From: a virus
Direction: 5' to 3' (one strand)
Virus record (IMG/VR): IMGVR_UViG_3300027969_000001
Span: 64,001-128,000 of that record
Length of the DNA: 64,000 bases
In this document: piece after piece, positions 59,101-64,000 of the stretch
Layout: each line of letters starts with the position of its first letter
Position numbering within the stretch: position 1 is the first letter of the stretch
The notes under the pieces: generated by a model
Database searches by the model: none
Told to the model about the DNA's origin: nothing
The model's input: the letters and a program-made list of their open reading frames with translations, nothing else
Program-made: the position numbers and the translations under genes

Positions 59101-62100
59101 GCCTCGTAGCTTTTATCAGTCAAGTTTCTATTAATTGCCTTCATGGCATTGTAGGAAAGACTGTCCATAGTTCTAATCTGGAAGAAATCTGGAGAGATGC
59201 CTTCTTTGGCTATTCTCTTTGTTACGTCGTCTTTGGCGTTAACGTTAAATACTAAATAAGCAATTCTTGCTTCCGGTTCTGATTTCTGCAGTCTCTTAGC
59301 AAAGTTAATAACTGTTGTTGTTTTACCCGTTGCCGCTAAAGCTCTAACCTTTACGTCTGCTCCAGTCATCATTGCGTCTATAGCAACATCTTGTTCAGGG
59401 TTAGGTTTTCTGTTGGCAGGGAGGTCTGGGTAGTCGTATTTCTCAACGTCTTTTATGTCAATTATTTTTCTAGGTTTTCTAGAGAATGGAGCACTTGGTG
59501 TACTTGGCGCACCTGGGGCATTCGGGGTGGAAGGCTTGGATGGAGTAGCGTCACCATTTGGCCATACGGTTTTGCCGTTTTCAACGGTAGGCCAGCCATA
59601 AACCATGTTACGAAGCGTGTCCCACTGTGACTGACTAAGGACTCCATTTTTACTCTTATGCTGAGAAAGAACACTAGGTAAGAAACTTTCTTCAAAACCC
59701 TTTTTGGGAGTTTTTGCTGCGGCAGCTTCTATTAGTTTTTTCTGCTCTTCTGGATTTGGCATGTCTCCTGGTGGATTTTTGCCAGAAGACAGGCTTTGCG
59801 GAGCAGTTACTGTTGGTGTAAATGTTGATGCTTTAGGAGCTCCACCACCGTACGGATTCCAGTGTCCGTTTGGCCTTTGTTGTTCTGGTCCGAGTTTTGT
59901 TGGACCATTGGCAATGCCGTCAATACCGGTGTTTCTGGCTGGGTCGAATATCCAATCGAGGCCTGGACCGGGGTCAAAACCTAATTTTGCACGAGTAAGT
60001 GCAACATACAGAAGATGTGCTTCTTCTCTTGGCAACCTATTGTTAACCTCACCAGCATCTTTCTGTGCTTGAGTGAGTGCAATCCCCATGTCACGAGCAT
60101 TGGACCTTCCCCAGTCATCACCCATCATGACGTAGTCGGCTTCAAGGCCTTTTACCCCGTGTCCGGTAATTACTTCAATATCAACGCCTTCAGTGTCGTT
60201 TACGTGGTCTGTGAGGTATCTTCCAAGTTCTGAAACAATAGAAGCACTTTCTTCTAGGGTGTCACCGGAGACAACCCACCCATCGCCAGGCGGGCGCTGC
60301 GCCTTCCCGTCTAAAGCAACACTCTTCTCATGGTAGGATATTTTCCCTTCCATTTTGTGGTCTTTAATCCATTTTTGAAGTGCAAGTCTGCTTGGCCCGA
60401 GCGCAGTAGCTTTTGTGGCTGAGCCGTTCGCGGCCGTGTATGACTTTACTCCGTCAACTCCGTTACCGGTTATGAGAATACTCTTCCCGTCCCATTTGCC
60501 TGATGCCGTAACGCCAGGACCAAGCCACGAACCAGAGTCGGTAAATAATGGTCTCCAGTAAACCCTATTAATATCTGCGTCACCATTAAGAGATGCTGGA
60601 ATAATTATGTTTGGCTCAAGGCCGCCCATTATCCACGGGCCATTAGCACCAGCACCAGATTTCTTGGGATTGAGTGCTCCCTGTATTTTTACAGCTTCAA
60701 TATCAATTTGTTCAAATGGGTCTATGTCTACCCTTTCTTGAACTGGAATAATTTTTCTCTTAGAATAGTCAAATTCACCTTTTACTGAGTCCCACATGCC
60801 CTCTAAGGCTTCTACGTAATCCATGGCGCTCATGTTGGCTTGCATTATCGCCCCGGTTTGTGGGTCTCTATATGTAGCCCGTGTTCCGTCTGGGTTCATT
60901 TTAGGCAAATCAAGAAGCCTCATCAACGAGAGCGCGTCAGCATTAGCTTTACCGTCGATAGAAAGTATTCTCTTGACGTCTTGAATACTTGCAGCGTCCA
61001 TCACTTTTCCACCAAGAAGCTTTGACTCCACTGGTCTTGCAAGTTTTTTGCCAGAGTTAATCCAATTCAGAACCTTCATTGCGGCAAGCATTTTAGAGTG
61101 TCTTTCCTCCGGCATGCCAAGCGTCTTACCAAGTCGCGTGCTTATTTCTATACCTTGAGAAATCATTCCCGCATTGGTCCTGAATATAACCATGTTTTTG
61201 CCAGGACGGTCAAATTTGTAGTCTCTAAGTATTTCTCCGTCAGCCTGAGCAGCAAGAGCCTGCATGGCATCGGTTAATAATTTGTCTCTATCTTTTTCAT
61301 TAAGTGAGGGAAGCGCGGAAAGACTTACAATGTTTTCATCCAGACGATTGTTTCTTTTTTGTATGTCGACCCATCGAGCGTCGTACTTCTTGGCAAGTTT
61401 TTGAAATTTTTTAGTAAGTTCATCTTTGGATAGTCCAGCAATACTGAAGTCGGCTTCGACTACACCAGCAGCTCTACCAAACAATTGGTAATCGGAAGCT
61501 TCTGGGTCTACGCCATCGTTTCTGTCCTCGATATTCAGCATGTTAAGAATCGAGTTACCTAAGTATGCTTGTAATCTTCCGTATCTAAAAGAGTCACGAA
61601 GGGTTAGTTCAAATGTTGGTTTTACTTGAGCAAAAGTATCTGATGAACCTCTAAACCCAAAGATTGACTGACGTGGGTCACCAACCATCATTATGCTGAC
61701 GCCTTTTTCGGCATTGTCGGCAATTACTTGCTGAACTACCTGGTTAGTGTCTTGTGCCTCGTCGAACATGAACAGGCTCAACGGTTTGTCTTTTGTTCCA
61801 AACTGGCGGTACCACGTTGCACCTGTCTTGTTGTGTGTAACAATGCCTGTCTTGCCTTTGACGGCTCTTGTTCCGGATGGGGTGGCTTTTGGAAAACCCT
61901 GCTGGTCCCTGCTGGCGTGACCAATCAAACCTGGGTCTGTTGATAGGTCAGGCTTGGTTAATGCCCACATTTTTACTTGATGGTCAAAAGTTGGAAGAAC
62001 GTTTGAATTATCGTCCGTAATGTCTTTCCACATCTGTTCCAACTGCTTAACCCAAGCATCTGGAACAGGCTGGGTCCACACGCGGTCTACTACAGGACTT

Positions 62101-64000
62101 AGGGTGGTGCTGCCTCCATTTAGAACCATGTTCTGTATGTCAAAAGCAGAATGTTCAAAGTGTTTTGCACTTATGGTCTCGTCGCCGCTTATGCAGAACC
62201 TGCTAAGAGCATTGTTGAGGATTGCTCCGTATTGAAGTGCGCTTATTTGCGTGGCATCAAACATCTGACTACCCAAGGGAAGTGCGCCACCATTGTTGCT
62301 TCCGCCATATTTGATTTCGTCTAATTTGTATTTTTCGACAACAGCTTTAGAGCCCTCTATTTTGTCAAAAGCGGTATACCCAAGCGTTCTGTACCCAACA
62401 GACTTAACACCTACTAAATCCACAGTAGTTCCATCAAATCTTGTGATGGTTTTTTTAACGGTTGCCTGTTTATGGGTTTTACCCCAGTACGAATTGCCTC
62501 CGCCACTTGCACCAATTGAAACTTTTTCGGCAGTTTTTGGGCCGAACATTTTATTTCCGGTGCCAAACTTGAGTGACCAATACGCCAATTGATTAATTGT
62601 TGAAGAACCAGTATTTTCTGGCATTCTTCCGTTTGCTTCTTGCGCGTTTTTTCTGGCAAAAGTAATGTAATAAACTCCTGCTTCTGGGTCTTCTAGTTGA
62701 ACAGCTTTAGAGACTGCTTCCAGGGTTGTCGTTTTGCCAGTTCCGGCACCCGCTCTTACTGCAGCTATCCCACCCGGTTGCTCCAAGAAATGAACTCCGG
62801 TGTCAATGATTGCAACTTGTTCTTCAGTTGGCGTGTAGTTGAGGCCTAGGCGCTCGCGAGCGCTTTCCGCGTCGCTTCTCTTGACTATTCTCTTATCGTC
62901 AAACTTGCTTACAATCGGCTTCAGGTCAGCGCCGCTGCTTAGCTTACGATAAGACTGGTCGTATCTATTGCCGTCTTTGTCTTTAATTAAGAATCCAGGG
63001 ATTCCTGCAAGGTCTTCTCCAAAGAGTCCTGATGACATTGCACCAACAACGCCTCTTCTCTTTCCTCCTGCAGGAACTCTAAATGGAGCCTGTGGAGAAA
63101 GTGGTTTTTTCTCGCCTTTCTTTGGTGGGCCGAGCTTGACTGTAACGTTTCTGGCAGTGTTTGTTCCAGGAACCGTGAAGGTAAAGTCTTGACGACCTTT
63201 TCTTTCGTCGTCTCTTTTACCAGCAAGTCTACGAAGCGTTGGCGACTTGTTCATCATGTAGTCGATGGCCTGCTGTGCCTGTGTTAACGCATCTTGAAGT
63301 GCGTTTGGGTTATCGCGAATGGCTTGCATCCAGCCGGAAACGTACTGAGCGTGGTCTTCTCTGACTGTCGGCTCAAGGCCAAGGATTCCCATGGCGAAAG
63401 CGCTACCAATTTCAGCAATTAGTTCTTCAAATGCGTACCTAGATTTAGATTCGGCTCCAGCTCCTCGCATTCTTCCTGTTTGGTCTCTATTGAGGCGAGA
63501 TGGGTGGCCGGTCCAGTGGGTTGTTTCGTGAAGCAGTGTTGAGTAGAAACCTATTGGGTCCTTAAAAGAAGAGAACGTGGGCATTGTAATAGAGTCATTG
63601 GAAGGTGAATAAAATGCTCGGCCTTGTTTTGCCTCTTTCCAATCCGGTCCTATTTCTGAAATAACGTCTTCAATGTCTTTCATTCTCTTCGCTGCGTCAA
63701 GTTCGTCATGCGAGATTGGTTTATAGAACTCCTCCGGCAAGCCTTTTACTTCAGCAACGTTAATAACTTCAGTAATGTGAAACGTTCCTGTTGGGCGACC
63801 GTTGTATAAAGTTGGTGCAATTATCTGTACGAGCTTATTCTCATATCCCGGTTCTAGTTCTCCGCCAGCTTTCTTCCATTGAGCCACCCCAGCCCAACGT
63901 GGAATCTCGTACCCACGATGCGATGCAACCTGCATGAGAAGGAATTGGTTTGTTCCTTCATATGTTCTTTTGGTATTTGGATTAGTAGCAAAAAACATTG
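56118..64000 (-). CDS. giant polyvalent protein (N-terminus outside window): ArdC-like domain + zincin, two UvrD/Rep-like SF1 helicases, unknown C-terminal module
   Basis: Y.GTN..LL...W....QW...GG; AFYSPS.D.I.MP...YST.LHETTHWTGH..RL.R...YAFEEL.AE; AGAGTGKT/DEAQD/GDPRQSI/YVALTRA; ALAATGKT/DEAQD/GDTNQAI/YVAVTRA; frame open to the edge. Confidence 0.9.
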   Translation of the reverse strand, partial: MFFATNPNTKRTYEGTNQFLLMQVASHRGYEIPRWAGVAQWKKAGGELEPGYENKLVQIIAPTLYNGRPTGTFHITEVINVAEVKGLPEEFYKPISHDELDAAKRMKDIEDVISEIGPDWKEAKQGRAFYSPSNDSITMPTFSSFKDPIGFYSTLLHETTHWTGHPSRLNRDQTGRMRGAGAESKSRYAFEELIAEIGSAFAMGILGLEPTVREDHAQYVSGWMQAIRDNPNALQDALTQAQQAIDYMMNKSPTLRRLAGKRDDERKGRQDFTFTVPGTNTARNVTVKLGPPKKGEKKPLSPQAPFRVPAGGKRRGVVGAMSSGLFGEDLAGIPGFLIKDKDGNRYDQSYRKLSSGADLKPIVSKFDDKRIVKRSDAESARERLGLNYTPTEEQVAIIDTGVHFLEQPGGIAAVRAGAGTGKTTTLEAVSKAVQLEDPEAGVYYITFARKNAQEANGRMPENTGSSTINQLAYWSLKFGTGNKMFGPKTAEKVSIGASGGGNSYWGKTHKQATVKKTITRFDGTTVDLVGVKSVGYRTLGYTAFDKIEGSKAVVEKYKLDEIKYGGSNNGGALPLGSQMFDATQISALQYGAILNNALSRFCISGDETISAKHFEHSAFDIQNMVLNGGSTTLSPVVDRVWTQPVPDAWVKQLEQMWKDITDDNSNVLPTFDHQVKMWALTKPDLSTDPGLIGHASRDQQGFPKATPSGTRAVKGKTGIVTHNKTGATWYRQFGTKDKPLSLFMFDEAQDTNQVVQQVIADNAEKGVSIMMVGDPRQSIFGFRGSSDTFAQVKPTFELTLRDSFRYGRLQAYLGNSILNMLNIEDRNDGVDPEASDYQLFGRAAGVVEADFSIAGLSKDELTKKFQKLAKKYDARWVDIQKRNNRLDENIVSLSALPSLNEKDRDKLLTDAMQALAAQADGEILRDYKFDRPGKNMVIFRTNAGMISQGIEISTRLGKTLGMPEERHSKMLAAMKVLNWINSGKKLARPVESKLLGGKVMDAASIQDVKRILSIDGKANADALSLMRLLDLPKMNPDGTRATYRDPQTGAIMQANMSAMDYVEALEGMWDSVKGEFDYSKRKIIPVQERVDIDPFEQIDIEAVKIQGALNPKKSGAGANGPWIMGGLEPNIIIPASLNGDADINRVYWRPLFTDSGSWLGPGVTASGKWDGKSILITGNGVDGVKSYTAANGSATKATALGPSRLALQKWIKDHKMEGKISYHEKSVALDGKAQRPPGDGWVVSGDTLEESASIVSELGRYLTDHVNDTEGVDIEVITGHGVKGLEADYVMMGDDWGRSNARDMGIALTQAQKDAGEVNNRLPREEAHLLYVALTRAKLGFDPGPGLDWIFDPARNTGIDGIANGPTKLGPEQQRPNGHWNPYGGGAPKASTFTPTVTAPQSLSSGKNPPGDMPNPEEQKKLIEAAAAKTPKKGFEESFLPSVLSQHKSKNGVLSQSQWDTLRNMVYGWPTVENGKTVWPNGDATPSKPSTPNAPGAPSTPSAPFSRKPRKIIDIKDVEKYDYPDLPANRKPNPEQDVAIDAMMTGADVKVRALAATGKTTTVINFAKRLQKSEPEARIAYLVFNVNAKDDVTKRIAKEGISPDFFQIRTMDSLSYNAMKAINRNLTDKSYEADAVNWIDPIKSYKDRAAYLGIKGMVSEADELSAIDVYKRVQKAIDAFVISDDKEVGPQHFTGAFNGSLAVKDEKILPELVGYAKKMWEDINTARDGKKGMLPTNNAHLTKIWALTDPDIGKIAGANIAMVDEAQDMNPVFAKMLANSGDIQKIYIGDTNQAINAWRGADGKTLDDAKSVYDMPITDSYRFGKVIAGVGNQFLSLLGAKERMTGKKADKSGNPVDGVITTIDKPTMILTRANGGAIAATMDVFSKGGAVYGSKNFKKDLENFIQNIDWMENKAKGNPFYINEFGKEVKTPPPPSQDLDGITTMEEFKKAIEDGDNNRLNMLNKLLAENSVADLREALSKIITDKKKLPENRDDYVHIQTAHTSKGLESPRVKIWSDFRKPKWDKEKKTWIMPDEQELRLSYVAVTRAEEQLELGSLDWINDFPESDSGSVAKLSSGAASSNAGGRLSRRIRTVGNAGEDMSGAEGDTRRLAHPIELAGFSSVTKNSGTNRAITKTSMSIWKGFRDNGIALDIDSDSTDPAQKQKALNNALNAISERMRERPSIKIGNISQNGGNQEPSAETWMLPVSKLKDAIRVPTEWTRDYTDSGSLSESFHSQTRPITNAELASMLGLGRRDAALLEKDGAAINHDAVRYMLAETGKQKEFGAWRLFAPVDSAEAKQKKWNAEEVFAENIGRASMRDRFIVETFGKDAFPHWFDQEEQQSITPDEYASLGEVSPVAKFQAMGRFQKNSATDGDSEAEHNLMLEGMSGASLTPSGTVTAEQIATDKTSRQDFKIEPLLEHLGISKNDNWHEKLRQVIAESFGSQNVGLGSRRDAAEWEKKGVPVAYIDEMIRKGVIPDASSIWTEGKAGQQLDSELSRSKHAVYEALNEFIQKSGVEKSKANRETVHSIIGKKDIHTELPKLAATRGPVFSPKKGDSPRYSTNELQGVVNRFNEVFGTNYSIDDIFSAEQLRTARERIEKDGKTLYGKNKNGTRVISDSTAV

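Noticed and set aside
63996-63998. ATG as the true start of the 2626-aa protein
   Set aside because: It falls inside the ArdC-like domain and the frame stays open to the window edge
1-64000. Stop-codon reassignment
   Set aside because: Very long ORFs are intact under the standard code, all three stops end recognisable genes, and no suppressor tRNA is seen
15459-64000. LSSG motif as a DNA-level site-specific recombination site (integron-like)
   Set aside because: Apart from one recent pair, the copies use varied synonymous codons, including both Ser families, and no recombinase is in the window, so a protein-level role fits better

Overview
A 64-kb segment of a large tailed dsDNA phage. The host is almost certainly an actinobacterium, given WhiB, an Rpf-type transglycosylase and an actinobacterial-style SSB. 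From left to right: (i) 1-15 kb holds small accessory/early genes, a SNF2 helicase with two HARP-like domains, DUF932, a secreted Rpf+SLT muralytic enzyme, two AUA-decoding tRNAs, thioredoxin and SSB; (ii) a 4250-aa multidomain protein; (iii) a replication/metabolism block with a primase-helicase, WhiB, class II RNR, two HNH endonucleases, tRNA-Arg/Asn, Dps, thermonuclease and a 2OG-Fe(II) oxygenase; (iv) a minus-strand head module with an HK97-fold major capsid protein and two more giant proteins (2645 aa, and >2626 aa running off the right edge). The main observation is that all three giant proteins are punctuated by one short peptide, x-[LMFV]-S-S-G, usually preceded by K/R. There are 21 copies including one LASG variant, and they mostly sit at borders between recognisable enzyme domains (ADP-ribosyltransferase-like, DUF3626-like, DEDDh exonuclease, zincins, GNAT, ParB-like, ArdC, two SF1 helicases). 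The motif is encoded by mixed Ser codon families, so it is conserved at the protein level. This suggests viral-style polyproteins cut into individual effectors. In one case a DUF3626-like domain appears split by an ~870-aa insert bounded by the motif. All domain calls are by-eye motif recognition; no database searches were run.
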